A program made the translations under genes and the position numbers. This document shows, piece after piece, positions 1 to 14,272 of a stretch of DNA of 64,000 bases. Location of the stretch: positions 54,746,001-54,810,000 of the forward strand of contig CM060731.1 in assembly GCA_030704615.1 (NCBI GenBank), written 5' to 3'. A model generated the notes under the pieces. It saw only the letters and a list, made by a program, of their open reading frames with translations. It had not been told where the DNA came from and made no database searches. Numbering within the stretch: position 1 is the stretch's first letter; the number at the start of each line of letters is the position of its first letter. The stretch comes from Takakia lepidozioides (Eukaryota > Plantae > Bryophyta).

Positions 1-163
1 ACTCCTCAAGAGGTCACAATTTGAAGTTATTCAAGTCGTAAAATCCAGAATTGAAGGGTTAGATTTGACACATGTCAGATCATAATGAAGTTCATATCTG
101 TTAGTTTGTTTGACCATCTGTCCCATCAAAGTGTCTGACAATTGAAAATGAATGCTTCTGCAG

Positions 164-3100
164 GTTGTAAAATTGGTAGAGGAGAGATTAGAGTTTATAA
201 GGCAGCTGACAGAGCTCAAACAACAGTTGCAATGTGTGAGTGAAGAGAAGGCACAGGCTGTCAGGGATCTTGGATCTGAACGAGAAGAGTATAAGCAGCT
301 GCTGAGGACAATGGATGGGGAAAAGTTGAAACTAGGGTTGGAGATTGAGGACTCAAAACAAGCTCTGCAGCATCTGAGCCATGAAAAAGCAGAGATGATG
401 ACAAGTTTCTGTCAAGAACTTGTGGGATTGTTCAGGACATTTGGAGAGGAGAAGCAGGAAGTGGTAAGAGAGCAGCATTTTAGCCATGGAAATACTGAGA
501 TAGTTTTTAACCTCTGTCAAGAGCTTGCTGGGTTGTTTAGGAAAGTGAGTAAGGAGAAAGACAAAGTGGCTGGGGAGTTGAGCGATTTGAGGAAACAGAT
601 GCTTCAGTCCAACATTCAGAAGGAACTACTTGAGAAGAGGCTTGGATCCAAAGTAGAGGATTTCCACCAACTTGTAATAGATTTAGAAACAGAGAAAGAA
701 GAACTCACAAGGGCACTGGAAGGCAAAATGTGTGAACTTCAGGCATCCGTTGGAGATCGAGTGAAAGCAGAGGAAGAGAAAGTTGTATTGGTGTCTGAAC
801 TGGAAATAGCTCATAATCAGTTGAAGGAGCTGGTCAGTTACTCCAATAGCGAGAAGGTGCTATTGCAAGCTCTATTGAGGGATTTGGAGCGGCAAGTAAT
901 GATGCAAGAAGCACAAAGTACACCCTTTGCATCTCCATCTGGGGCCCAGTTACAGGTGGCAGAGTCCGAGTTGCCAAGGTTAGAGAGAAAGACCGAGGGT
1001 GTGGTACAGGTAGAGGCTTTGGAGGCCGATGCTACCCTCACAATTGGGTCCTTGGATGGATTTGGAGGTTTGTCTGAGCGGCAGTGCATGGTACAGTGCT
1101 CAGAGCTCATTTCCCAGGTGGGTGGGTACAAGAGTCTCCGTGTCAATGTATCTTGTCAGCTTTGGTGCTTGGCAGGCAGAGCTTATATTCTTACACACAT
1201 ACGTCCTCTCTTCTTTTACTCTTTCTCTCCCATCCCTAGCCCCCCTGTACTATCCCAACTGGACATGACGTCTATGCCCACAAATCTATGTCAAGCATAG
1301 TCTAATGCGTATTGCTGAGGGCTAACCTTTTTCTGTCTCAGATTGGGCCTAGAGCAACAAAGCTGGAAACATTGTCTTTCCCCAGCTTGATTGCTATAGT
1401 AGCCCTCACATCGACATTCATTCCCTGTAAACCAAATTGTTCTTGATCATAAGTGAGAGCCATGGCGATTCAACAGATATCCTCTTTGTAACCTGGAATG
1501 GACATTCCATCCCCTGATGGGTAGGAATCCCATGACAGACATAACATCCAAACTGAGATTGTCACCCAACCAGAAGGGTTTCCATCATTGGTCAGTAGTG
1601 GCAAGGCTGGGTAATGCCGTGCCATAACGGTTGTGAGTATTTTTGCTGTTTGCATAATACATCTTGTCTGTGTATGTGCAAGTGTTATTCTTTGTGTACG
1701 AGGTGAAAAGCTTGTTACTGGACTTACCCTTGGACCTCAGTCCATGATGAGGCTCGTATAACTGGGCCTTACCAGCAGTTTTGATGATTGGTCTGACGAG
1801 CAAGCATCCCAACTACTGAGTGCAATCCATGCCATTGTGTGTTTCTGCAGATGCAGGCTTTGAAGGAGACCCTAGGCATCTTACAGCAAAAGAGAGATAC
1901 TGTTGAAGAAAGCTCTCGTCTGGAGTTCGAAACATTATCAAAGCATCTGAGTGACACCAACAAAGAGAGAACCAAGTTGTTGGCATCGGTATTGCAACTG
2001 GAGGAAGGCCACATATCCCTGAAACAGCAAAACAGTGAGCTGGCTGAGAAGCTGGTGATAATGGCAAAGAAGAATGACAGCATGGCTGAGCAAGCCACTC
2101 TCGATGCAGCCAGCTATTCCAACTTGGCAGTAGAATGGGATGAGCTCCAGAAAAGGTTCAAGGAACAAGGAACAGCCTTGCAGGCTGAGAGGGAAGCCTT
2201 AGCAAAGGTGGTAGCTAAGGAAATGTCATTTGCAGCTCAGATGGATAATGACCTTTCTGCCGCATTTCCGGAAATTGCTGCTGTGAGGGGATCCACATCT
2301 GATGCCTTGTCCTGGATTGGGAATGTTCTACCTCTTGTAGTACAAAAATACAAGGAGTCAAGTGAGATACAGGAGGAGCTACAGAGGGAAAGAACCCAGG
2401 TGCAACATCTCATTAGTCAGTTGCAGCTAGAGGAACAAAAGGCCGCAATTTTAGAGGGGGAGAGAGATGCAACTAAGGCATCTGTTCATGATAGGCAAGC
2501 AGAGCTCAGGGCTGCAGCCCAGAAAGCAGAGAAAGAGAGGGATAAACTTGCTGGGCATCTAGAACAGTCCAAGGCTGAATCGGCAACACTCCGGACAGAG
2601 AAGGATGGCCTGAAGAGAGAAGTCACTAAGCTGATGCAAGAGTACGAGATGGTTACCAAGCAGGCAACTCAAGCCTCTAGAGATATGGAGGCCTTGAAGG
2701 AAGAAAGAGTTCAACTTGCCTTGCAGGTTGATCTACTAGAGGGGGAAGGAAGGGCACTTTTAAGAAATAAAGAAGCACTTCAGGCAACACTAGCTGAGCT
2801 ACAGCAACAGACTGCACAAGATTTCAAAGCCTTGCAGTCAGAAATTGAAAGGAATGCAAGGGAGGCAGATGCCGCAGTGGAATGTCAGAGAGAGGCTCTA
2901 GTGCAGAGAGAGGCTCTCATGGAGAAAGAGGTTCAGTCATTGATTTCGAAGTTGGAAGGTGCCATATGTGAGGCTTTTCCAGCAACCATGGTCAAGCAAT
3001 CCACTGTAGGTAGTTCATATGAAGTCTTTGGTTCCCTTCTTGACCAATTGCTCGTGGAGAGCTCCAGAGTTGGGCAGCAATTGCAAGAACTTCAAACGGA

Positions 3101-6100
3101 GCTAGTGGGATTCAGAGACAAGCACAGAAGTTTTGAAGAGTGGCTGAAATTGACCATGTTCAAAGAAGTCCCGGAAAGAATCATGCAGCAATCGTGCTCT
3201 GGTGGCAGCTCATTTGAATTCTGCATTACTCTGATTAATCTTCTATTGGAAAATTACTCCAAATTCAGGGGGGAGCTACAAGACACACATACGCAACTGG
3301 TCGAGGTCAGAAAGCATTTAGTAACCTTGGAAAATGAGGTAGTAGCGTCAGAGCTGGAGCGAGATACAGCCTTGCAGTCCCATGACTGTCTCCAGAGGGA
3401 GCTGGAGAAAATTGTAGAAGAGAATGCAGAGCATACAGCAAACATCAAGGCTATGGAAGGTCATATAGGAACTATGAAGGAGGAGAGGGAAGAGCTTACT
3501 AAAAGACTAGGATTACTTGTATCCGAATCTGAGCGGGCTGGAAAAGTGACAGAGGTACAGCTAACTTCCGAGCAACAACTGAGAGAGACACTGGCTGCTA
3601 GGGAGGTAGAGATTGCGTGTTTGAGAAAGGATATGGACAACATCTTGGCTTCTAGGGATGTAGACATAAGTGATCTGAGAAATCAACTGGACAAGAGCGC
3701 ATCTTGCTTGCGATACTGTGATCAGCAAATCCAGGCACTTTTGGAGCAAAAACAAATCCTGATTGATGAACTTGCCAAAGTAAAAGAAGAACAAGGAGCT
3801 GCACAATCAGAGCTTGGTCAGATTGAAAAGAAACTCTCCAATACACGGGAGCGACTTACACTTGCAATCAGCAAAGGGAAATCAGTTGTTCAGCAACGGG
3901 ATGCACTAAAGCAGTCACTGGCAGAGAAGTCTGGGGAGATTGAGCGTCTGATTTCCACCCATGCAATGGTAAGGTTGGAATCTATGGTAGTGCTCACCTC
4001 AAGTACTTCATGATATTGTCTACAGAGGTCTTAGCTAAGCTTTATAACTCACCTCTACGTACAAATTAAATAATCCTATCTTCCTAGTGTTTTCAAGTGA
4101 GTTAGGGTCCCTATTGGACCTTGGCACTTATACGCACTTGCACCTTTAAAATCGTGTTTGCAGGCATTGAATTTGAAGGACTTAGCATTGGATGAGGCTG
4201 AACAGAAAATCTCTTCTTCAACAGCAATGGCTGACCATGCTAGTGCCTTAGAAGTGGAGCTTGCCACAGCTCTGAGTTCTGCTGCAAGCATGGAGCAAGA
4301 GTTACTGGAATGTAGCACTGTGATTCGTCAGTTAGAAGAGGAAGTGGACAGAATCGGTGTGCCTCAGGAATGGAAATTGAAGGACCCTGCCATCAAGATC
4401 CAATGGCTGGCCATGACACTTACTGATACCCAATCTCAGGCAGCTGCGTCTGCACAAGAAGCAGAGGTTGTCCGAAAGACAATGGACTTACTTAGGTCAG
4501 AGCTGAAGGAATCTAGGAGGGAAAGAGAGAATGGTGTTACACAGATGAGTGTGTTGGAGAAAGAGAGAGATGAGCTTGCTAGGCAACTGGAGGATCTCAC
4601 TTCCAAGTATGCTGAATTCAGAGAAAAAGCTGCTCAAGAGTCCTCAGAGAAAGGATCTGAGATTTTCATGTTGCAAAAGACTGCTGCCAAACAACTTGCC
4701 TTCGAAGTTGAGAAAGTCGCTCACCTAGAATTGCAGTCAGACATCACGGCTATGGTGGTGAAGCTGTCCGAGGTATGTATAGTATTGATTTTATCCCCAC
4801 ACCCAGTTAAAAGTTTAATTGTCATTGAGGCCTATTGAGAAGTCACTTCCTAGTGTCTACAACAACCTTGTAGGTAGAGTCGAAAGACAAATGGGCCACA
4901 GATGCACCTACTCGTTGGCAGCTAGAAGTGGTGGCATCTGGAGGATTTGGAGTGCATCATGACATACCCGATTCAAAGTGAACTCGTCCTCGGGGATTGT
5001 GATGGGCTGTGAGTCAGGTGCCAGATTCCCTTAGAATCAGGTGCATGTGCACACTTTGACTGTTGTATCAGCCAGCATAACCTGCAGTAAGTAGCTTCCA
5101 GCGGTGTTAATGTACGCCAAGCCGTTTGCCCCACCAATTACAGAAAGGCAAAAAGGATACGATGGAAGGAAAGGAAGTATGAAGTTCTTAGAGTGAGAAT
5201 GGATCATGCAGGGCAGGAGGATGTTCACATGGTTCAGGCAGCACTTGAATTTTCCTATTTTTTATTTCAACTTCACTTGCCGATATGTCAGTACTTTGCT
5301 AGTCACGTGATTATATATAGAGAATGTGAATCTTGACAGGTCTTACAGGACACCACCTTTGCAAGAAACAATTCTCCTTTGAACTCCATCAGTCACTTGG
5401 AAGCTGCTATAAGCATGCTGGTTGAGAAGCACAAGATGAGCATCCAGGAAGCTGGGGAGCTATCGCAGCGAGCAGCGATGCTAGCAAGTGAAGCTGAGAA
5501 TGCAAGGAGAGGGAGAGAGCTTTCTCAAAAACAATTGCAAAGTCTGCAAGGGATATTGACCTCCAAGGATATGGAGTTGAATGAGATGAGCAAGAATTTG
5601 GACGCGGCAGCTGTGACCATGAGAGAACAAGATGATGAGATTCAATGCCTGATGCAGCAGACTAAAAGAATGAGAGATGAGCTTGCCAAAGCAAGCATGG
5701 ATAGATTATCATTACAATCTGAACTTGACATGACAGGGGAAATTGTGTCCAATGGGAAAGAGAGATTGATGGCAGCTTTGTATGCTGGGGAGAGTATCAT
5801 CGCAGAACAAGGAGAGCTTATGGCAAAGTCCTTGTCTGAAAAAGCAATTGATTTCGAATCTTTGGCACGGGCATGTGCTAAGGAAATGGAGAAGAGAGAT
5901 GTTGCTCTGCAGGAGACCCATAAAAGGTCATTGGCATTGGTGGACAGCACAGCTACCTTGGAAATGGAGCTGAGTTCATCGAGGAAATTGGCTACCAATC
6001 TGCAGCAATCATTGTTAGAAAACAAGAGCTACAGCGAGAGGGTTGAGGCAGCCTTTGACAGGATCAGTTGGCCAGATGGATGCCCTTCAACAGTTTCCCC

Positions 6101-9100
6101 CACTGACAAGATAGATTGGCTAGCTCGAGCACTTGACGAGGAAAAGCAGAAGGGAGCCCTAGCTAAAGAAGAACTAGAAACTTTGAGAAAAGATGCAGAT
6201 TTACTTGTGAGAGAAGTGCAGGGACTTCAGGGAAGAGTGGAGTCTCTAACGGTTGATTTGACGTATCAGAAAGGGCAGAACAAGGCACTTGCTGTTGAAA
6301 ACTTAGACCTGAGCTCAAAATACACCGCCCTGACAGAGCAAGCTTCGGAAGATGCCTTTGAAAGGGATAGCATAAAGGCTGAAATTCTTACTTTAGAGAG
6401 GAGAGTTGAGGAAGAAAGGGAAGAGAAACAAGCCCAATTGGCTGCTCGCTTGAAATTACAGTCAGATGTGAAGGCCTCCATGGGACTGATCATCAATGCA
6501 ATTCATCTGCAAGAACCAGTGGAGTTGATGGAAGGGGAATTCATTGAGGCAAATGGTACCGCCCAGCATCTAGAGGCTTCTACATCTGTGCTTATCAAGA
6601 ATTATATGCAAGCTATGAATGATGTGAGAGAGCTTTCGCAGTTGGAGCAGGCTAGAAGGGATCCAGACTCCTCAGAGAATGAACAACTGGTGACAAATCT
6701 CCATGAGACACTGACATTGAGGGAGCTGGAGTTGACTGAAAGGAACAAGAAGATGAAGGATTTGGCTTTGACATTGGACGTCCGCAACAGTGAGAATCAG
6801 GTAGGATGAACCACAGAGTATGTTCTGAGAATTGTGTTAAGAGTTCGCTTGGTGCACCATTGCATGTTGGTTACAAGGTTTGTAAGTTGTTTCGCGATGT
6901 CTACCAGAGTAGATGGGAAGCAGATGCACAGGGAATTGTGGGACGAATGGATCGAATTTTAACTCGAGTAACTGACAAGGAAAGTAACCTAATTTTTGAT
7001 GCAAGAATAGCTTATTGGCCACCCGATGATGTAGATGTAGTTTCTGTTGCTTATGCACTTGTTTGGCCTGATCTTTCTTGGGGACATATCTTGTTCTTGT
7101 CATGTGAGTTTCTTAAAATCTTTAGATTGATTTATTCTTAAAGTGGAACAACTGCCAGTTAGTGCCGGTATGCATGAAGGTAAGTGCTCGTTGGCTGTAT
7201 TCTTATAATCTTATTGTTACAATCATGGGACGTTCTTTGAGACTCACCATTGCCGCATCCACTAATTGATGCATAATCCTTGGCTATCATATATCAGTAT
7301 TTTATTGCCATGGACAGTACCTTGTTGCTGCCTGGACGAGGTCAAAGGGACCACTCTTTTGAAAATTGTATTTAGGAAGTTTGCAGGCAAAATATGCCAC
7401 AAATGGATATTGTTTGTGAGCGGGGTATTGTTAGTCCTCATATCAAGTTACACCTGAGGAGTCACTATTGTCAGAATATAGTGTTACCTGCTGAGTGCTA
7501 GCCGACATCGTGACTCAGTTTTCCTGTTACTTCTGTTACTTCGGAGAAGTGGCAGAAACGCAGTACAAAGACTTGTAGCAAAGATATGCCCATGAATAGC
7601 CTTTTATTAGATGTGATCCAGCTACTTTCAGATCTGATGAAGTCAGGGAGGAATGGCGGCAGTGGTGGCAGCTTGTCACTGCCACAATGATGAGACTGAT
7701 GGCCTGAGACTTTGTGATTGACCGCACAACTGAAGACTGCACTCTCAATGTTGCACTAGTTTTAGGTTTTAACTTGGACTGGTTCAACATCTGTTTGGCT
7801 TAAATGGCGTATAGATCTGTTATTCTGTACTTGCACGGATGATATCAGGATGTAGCCTCACATGCTTTGATACATTTGCGGTAGGACTCACATGTGCAGT
7901 GGTCCCCTTGAAAGTAAATTGGATCATGTGCTTAAAAGTAGTGGGCCATTGTCTTTGTGATTATCTTTGTGACTAACATTTATACTTTATCTGTGTGACT
8001 TCCACTCCAGGATTTGTCTGAAGAGGTATGGAGAAAGACACAGGAGATTGCAGAAGCAAAGAGGGAGAAGGACATCCTCCAGTCGCAGGTCAATACCCAG
8101 CACTCCAATCTGGTTGCCCTTCAATCGGAGCTGAATGTGCTACAGTCAAAATTTGCAGCAGCAAACGGCGAAAAGAGTGCCCTACAGTTAGAATTTGGCC
8201 AAGTGGAGCAGAAGCTCTCAAGTGCAAGAGAGAAGCTGGGTCTGGCAGTGAAGAAGGGAAAAGGGCTAGAAAAACAGCGTGACTTGCTGACACATTTACT
8301 TGGGGAGAAGACAGCAGAGCTGGAGTCCTTAGTGTTAGCGCACGAACAAGCACTAATCATCAAGGATGCCGAATCACATGTGATTAGGCTTAAGTTAGAG
8401 GCTATGGGCGAACATGCTAGAGCTTTGGAATTGGAACTTGCCTCTGTGCAGAAAGGGGCTGCTAGAACAGATGAAGTGATCAAAGAACACTCCAGGTTTG
8501 TCCATACATTGGACGAGGCAGTAGCTCATGTTTTGATACCCTGTGACTTGAGGTCTATGGAGCCCACAGAGAAGATCAAGTGGCTGGCAACTGCACTTAG
8601 GGAGACACAAAGCAGGGTGGCCTTGGCTGAAAGAGAAGTTGAGAGGGCTAAGGACACTAACGACTTCCTCAACTTGGAGTTAAAGAAAGCCCAAGAGAGA
8701 GCTCAGTCTCTTGCCATGGAATGTGCCAACACAAATGAGACAATCTGTTTGTGGATGCAGAGGGTGGAAGAAGTTGAAAGCAGGGCTTTGCTGCACCGTG
8801 AACAGTATGATATTGAGGTGGAGGCACACTTGCGTGCTACCACGGAAACGCAGGCCCGGACTCAGTTTCTCTCGGCGAGAGTGGAAGAGATGGAGGAACT
8901 CCTCCAGGTAAAGCAAATCTCTCTCAAGGGCATGGAAGCTTCCCGAGGAAAGGCTGTTACCAAGCTCACATTGACACTCAACAGGCTCAATGAGTTGCGG
9001 CAGCAGAGTGAGGGGTTGGTAGCAGAGATTGAAAGCCTGCATCAGAGTGTTGAAAACCGCAACTCTGAGATCTTGAGGCTGAGAGAGGAGATTGGAAGTG

Positions 9101-12100
9101 TCAACTTTGAAGTTGGTCAGGAAAGGGAAGAGTTAGCCAGGGTCATCACTGAGACTAATTCAGAGATGGTATCGTTGAGGGAGGAACTCATGGGGATCGG
9201 TACCAAAGCAGATGGAGAGATCATGGGTTTGAGAGAAGAGCTCAATAGGATAGTGCGGCTGCAGGGGGCGCTCTCTGGAGTTGCTAGTGAAGTTGTGACC
9301 TTACGACATGCTTTGCACAGAAAGAACTTTGAGTTGGAACAGTATCAGTGGCAATTGGAAGAAATGTTGCCTAAAGGAGAGAATGCAGAAGCAATGGAGA
9401 AAAGCTTCTTGGGTGAAAACATGTTGGACCGAACCCTTGAACAGGTGGTTATCAAAACTCCCAGTGGAAGGGAGCGATATGCCACCATTGTTGCCCTGCA
9501 ACGGCTAATAGAGAACCTGATGAGAGAGGGAGAGGCGTGGCGGATTAACACAGAGAGGAAGGATGCTCAACTGCAAGGCTTGAAAAAGGAGATTGAAGAA
9601 TTTTCAGGGGAGAGATCATTACTGCATGCAGGTTTGCAAGCTAAACAATTTTACATTAATAGACTGCAAGCAGAGATGGCGGCTTCGGGATGCCTATCTG
9701 TTGGCGATGACATCGGGCCCCAAGCCTTGGAGATTGAGGAACTGGTACAAATTCTGACGAATCAATTCTCTATCCTTTCTATGACAGTGCAGCATCCAGC
9801 AGATGGCCCCTGGTTAGGGCACAAGGCACCTTGCAAGCGGTCATGGGTTTAAAGTCATATAGGTGGGTGTTGGATGTAGCCAAACCCAGCTATGACAGGG
9901 GGGCGTCTGGGTCAACCCGTCACCTAATGTGTGGATACCTGGGGACTTTTGAGTCCTTGGGGTGGTCGGGCAACTGCGTTGTGGTCCACCAAACAGAAAG
10001 CAGTAGTCCTTCGGGGTGAAGTCACACCATAATTTACGCTTGCTTCGGCAGGCATCAACCACTTTTTTTTAAATGACGGTTCAAAATGATACACCTTGTG
10101 ACTATGTTTGTCAGTGTATTGGGTGGTAGAGAGTGAAGGAAGACTCTTGCTGAAGCAAGCGTAACTTATGGTGTGACTTCACTTCGAAGAGCTATTGCCT
10201 TCCATTTGGAAGGTGGACACCTTCTAACAGCCTTAACTGAGGCAACACGGTTGCCCAACCCTCCCCCAAGGACTCGAAAGTCCCAAGTACCCACTCATTA
10301 AGTAACCGGTTGACCCAATTACCCCCTTTTTATAGCTGGGTTAGCTGGCGTGACATCCAACATACATGTATGTAGCTTTGTGCCTAACCACTTGGCCATC
10401 TGTTGGATGCTTGGTGGAGAGTGAATTTATACTCAAAAGGGGGGAACTTGTTACCTTGCGCAGAATCTCCTTCTTTTTCATCGATCCTTGATCCCTCGAT
10501 AGGGAACCCCGTTCATGCTTTGGGAAATATTCTGCTTTTCTTGGAAAGATGAAGACACATATACAATTAGTTTCTCGAGGGAATGACATCACTGCTCAAT
10601 GTGTGGAGCTCCAGTGATTTGGTAGATCATTTCAACATGTATTCATTTCTTGGATGGAGACTTTGCAGGGTTCAAGGGGCAAGCGGGCTGCTCCAGCAAC
10701 TCCTGCTGCACCACATGTGCGGGGTCCACGCAAGCCACCACAGAATGACGTAGCCATTGATATGGAGACTAGCCGTTTACTTCTGGACATGGATGAGAAA
10801 GGTCTGCTCAATGTTTCAACTCTTTTAATCAGTCCATTTTCCGGTGTATCCAACAGATTAGCCCAGTGTCCTGTGGCCACATTATATGTCATCCTGCTTT
10901 TAGATGTACCTGACCATTTCTGATTTTACACTCTATACTCCATCTAGCCCTGGGGCAGGGCAGGACTTCTTCAAGTTGTATACCTAGGGCTTGTGAGAGT
11001 GCATCGATTTGGCGTCAAAAGTACTGTTAGGACTGGAAGCGGCTATTTGAAGGTCTGACCTTGTGACTAGAGACAGGAGCTATCATATGGAAAAGAAGGC
11101 ACTAAAAACTCTTCGGCTTCTTTTTTTTTCTGAATAACTAAGTCAGTGTCGATGCAGTGGATCTACCAGAGCCAACAGGAGCCATGTGCATTTGAATGCA
11201 GCACTGTTTTACTTGCATTGTCGAGAAGTCTGCTGATCACCTCCTAGTATAAACAACCTGATAATGACCACCTCTGGTTGTAGTCAGCTCTCATTTACAT
11301 ATATGGTTAGTATAACTAGATCTCATGATATGTAAGAGACCTTTTCAAAGTTGGATTTTTTTATCTTACATAGCTGCCATAACCCTGTGTTTGTAGGTCA
11401 TGGATTCAGCTCTTTGACAAACTCAAGACTTGTTCCAAAGGCTATCCGGGCTGTGGCTGACCGACTGGATGGGTTGTGGTGAGTATGTCCCGTAGAACAT
11501 GAACCCAGCTGTATTACTTGAACTTCTTGGTAGCATCTCTAGTTTCAAGTGACATTGATGGTGTGTCGAATCCTTGGCAGTACCATCTTGTTACCAGACT
11601 TGCCAACAGGCCTCTCTTCTTCCTCCCTCCCTCAACAACCCTTGTTCGTTTTTCTCACTCTGTTCAATCTGGGCAGGGTCTGTAGCTCCCATCAGTTGGA
11701 CCACAGCTCCCTTCTGCCCCTCTTTCAGGATTTGAGGTCTTTTTGTGCTTCACTGTGAGGTGCTGCTTCTATAGCGGGATTATGTTCATGAAGATGAGAT
11801 TTCTAGAAAGAGTTTCTCTTTTTTCTACTTCTGTGGTAGCATCGGAACATCTTTTTGTTTCCTTCTGTTGCACTTGACAGGTAGCCCAAATCTATATTGC
11901 TAGAGGGTCAGAACTCTGGCAACAGCTTCCAACCAAAGAACTTGGATCCAAAACAGGTTTGCACCACCTTTTATCCTCTACAAGGCTGGAGATGAATCTA
12001 GTAACCTGGTTTGGGATTTTGTCTGCAGTGTTGTGGGGGGGAGGATGCTGATGCGACAGCCCACAGCAAGGTTGGGGCTTGCGGTGTATTGGGTGGCAAT

Positions 12101-12143
12101 CCACGTGTGGATTGTTATGATGCTATCAATGGGAATTTGTTAG
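164..12143 (+). CDS. TNO1: TGN-localized SYP41-interacting protein 1 (TNO1)-like long coiled-coil, tail-anchored protein; 5' part lies upstream of the window. Exons: 164-1117, 1851-3968, 4164-4772, 5340-6800, 8011-9744, 10669-10801, 11397-11478, 12029-12143
   Basis: Long E/K/L/Q-rich ORFs joined in frame by GT-AG introns (phases checked). Recurrent motif (R)E(R/K)LxLAxxKGKxxxxQRD. C-terminus DEKGHGFSSLTNSRLVPKAIRAVADRLDGL..RMLMRQPTARLGLAVYWVAIHVWIV matches the TNO1 C-terminal/TM signature as I recall it. Stop TAG at 12141-12143. Confidence 0.85.
9864..10344. mobile_element. Fold-back / MITE-like element in TNO1 intron: ~190-bp imperfect inverted arms around a ~95-bp spacer
   Basis: gtgttggatgt..aacccagctat..gggtcaacc..gtgaagtcacaccataatttacgcttgcttcggcag (~9866-10050) is mirrored by ctgaagcaagcgtaacttatggtgtgacttcac..ggttgaccc..atagctgggtt..acatccaacat (~10150-10342). 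No TSD resolved. Confidence 0.65.
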
Positions 12144-14272
12144 CAAGTCTGTTCTGTAACCGACCCTCCACCCACCGTTGAGGTCCCCAGTTCAGCTTCT
12201 ACAACAGCACTGCTGGGAGACCCCTCCAATAAGGTTTGTTTCCCACTCCTCTTTGATCCTACTCCCTTTCTTGGCACATACTTATATGTACCCAGGGACA
12301 GTTGGGCAACCAGTGCATTGTCTCTCTCTCTTTCCTAACCTCTAGGTAAGTCAAATAGCAAGTGAAAGAACTGGTTACTGAGCTGACATACATACATTTT
12401 GTCTGGTTTCAGAGAAGGGGAGAAGCGGTACCCATTGAGATGTTTGGGGACACTTGATTCTTGTGATGGTATATCTAAAAAGTATGCCACATACTTGTTG
12501 ACATCATTTGCAATAAGCTATAAAGCATGTTCACTTCTGCAATCTCCATTCACTGCATTGGGAATGCAACAGCTCTTGCCGAATTCCATTCATAAGTCAT
12601 GACTGCCTGTGAGCCTATAGCTGGAGGCTGAGATTCGTTTCACTGTCTTAATGTTAGCTTTTTGAGTGACTTAAATGTTCCAAACTGGAGACATACAGAA
12701 TGATGTCACACTTTTGCACCTAATTTATGATATCAGAGCTCCAGGGAAGCCCTTAGGACCTTTGGGGTTTGTCGCTTGTAGCTTGGGCATTGAGGGTGGT
12801 GCCACATGGCAGGTCAGTTCGTACACTAAAAAGCATATCCTTCTCAACTCGAAAATATACATGGTTACAAGCACATAACAATGTGACTACCTGGTTTACT
12901 GAGCTCAGCTGGCAAGGCAATAAGCATGGTGTAAGTTGACTTGTTTGCTTCAACAGGAACCAATACAGACAATGAGATATCAATAAACTTTGTAAAATGG
13001 GGCACCACACCATGGGTGTTATGGTTGTAAATACAGCACTGGATAGTAGGTGTCAGGTTAGAAACAGTATGGTAACTGAGTGTGATTGTTATCGAGCATG
13101 TTAGCTGAGGAGAATCCTCACAAACAATTTACTCAGCATGGGATCCAAGGTGATCTTAAGCTGGCACCCTGTAATTACCAACTGGAGTTTAGAGCATGGT
13201 AACCATGAAGCTTGATTCTTTCAACACACAAGGTTGTGTACTGTCTGTCTTGCATGGGTCAATGGAGGATGTTGGACAGCAGATATCTACTGGGAATTCA
13301 ACAGCTGCAAACTCCCGGAGCAGAAGAAAGAAAGTGCAGGTGGGGTTTACTAATGCAAACGGCACTGTTCCCACCTTGAACACCAAGTTGCTCGTTGCCT
13401 TCACTTTAGATTGCATTCAGTGGAACTGGGACACACTCATCCTAGTCAGCATGATCTCTCCGGCCACAGTTCCGCAGGTGAAAACTCTTGTACTCACCAG
13501 TTGCTATTGGAACTTGGGGCACACGGGTTGTGGCAGGTGACATTGCTAACATGGGTGTACATGATGTTGGTGCCACATTTGGGGGAGCTGCCTTTGCCAC
13601 CTAACATTGACTCTTCATGGGTGAGTGACAGACTCTTCCAATCAATCATCTGTTGGCTACAAATTTTGATAATAATCTTTCCAATTGACAGGCTCGGGGT
13701 TTGGAAAAAATTGAAATAAAGAGAACGGCAGGCTCCGATGAAATATCCAACTTGCATGTCTTCATATTTGAGAGTCTGACCACCTACAATGCCTGCACTG
13801 GTTTGTCCTCCCACTTTCTTTGCTTCATATTTTGTTTTTGCTCTCTTGGATGCATTCCAACAGAGCACAATGGTCTGTAGCCTTATGACTATGGTACTCA
13901 CAATCTAATAGAAGCCACAAGGCTACAACAAGTATGTAAAGGGGAGATCCCATCTTCCCTGCATCACCACTACAGACTTAAACTACATCAAGTGACTTGC
14001 AACTAAACCCAACCTGGACTAAAACATGCTGCTAAGAAATAGACAATCATCTGACCATAACCCTAATACCTTGACATTGTACTTTACATCAGATATCATC
14101 CCCCATTCCTCAGCCACACACGGATGAATCTCCTCCCGCATGGACAGATGAATCCTCACAAAAGAAACAAATCATCAGCACCCTGCCTGCTCCTATGCGA
14201 AAGAGGGACAGCAAAATTAGGTGATGAGGGGTTGGTGGTCTGAACTCAGCATGTTTGAAAATCACAACTCCC

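Noticed and set aside
838-9551. Numerous antisense and alternate-frame ORFs over TNO1 (and likewise over AHA and the TE ORFs)
   Set aside because: Shadow ORFs of real coding sequence with no independent evidence.
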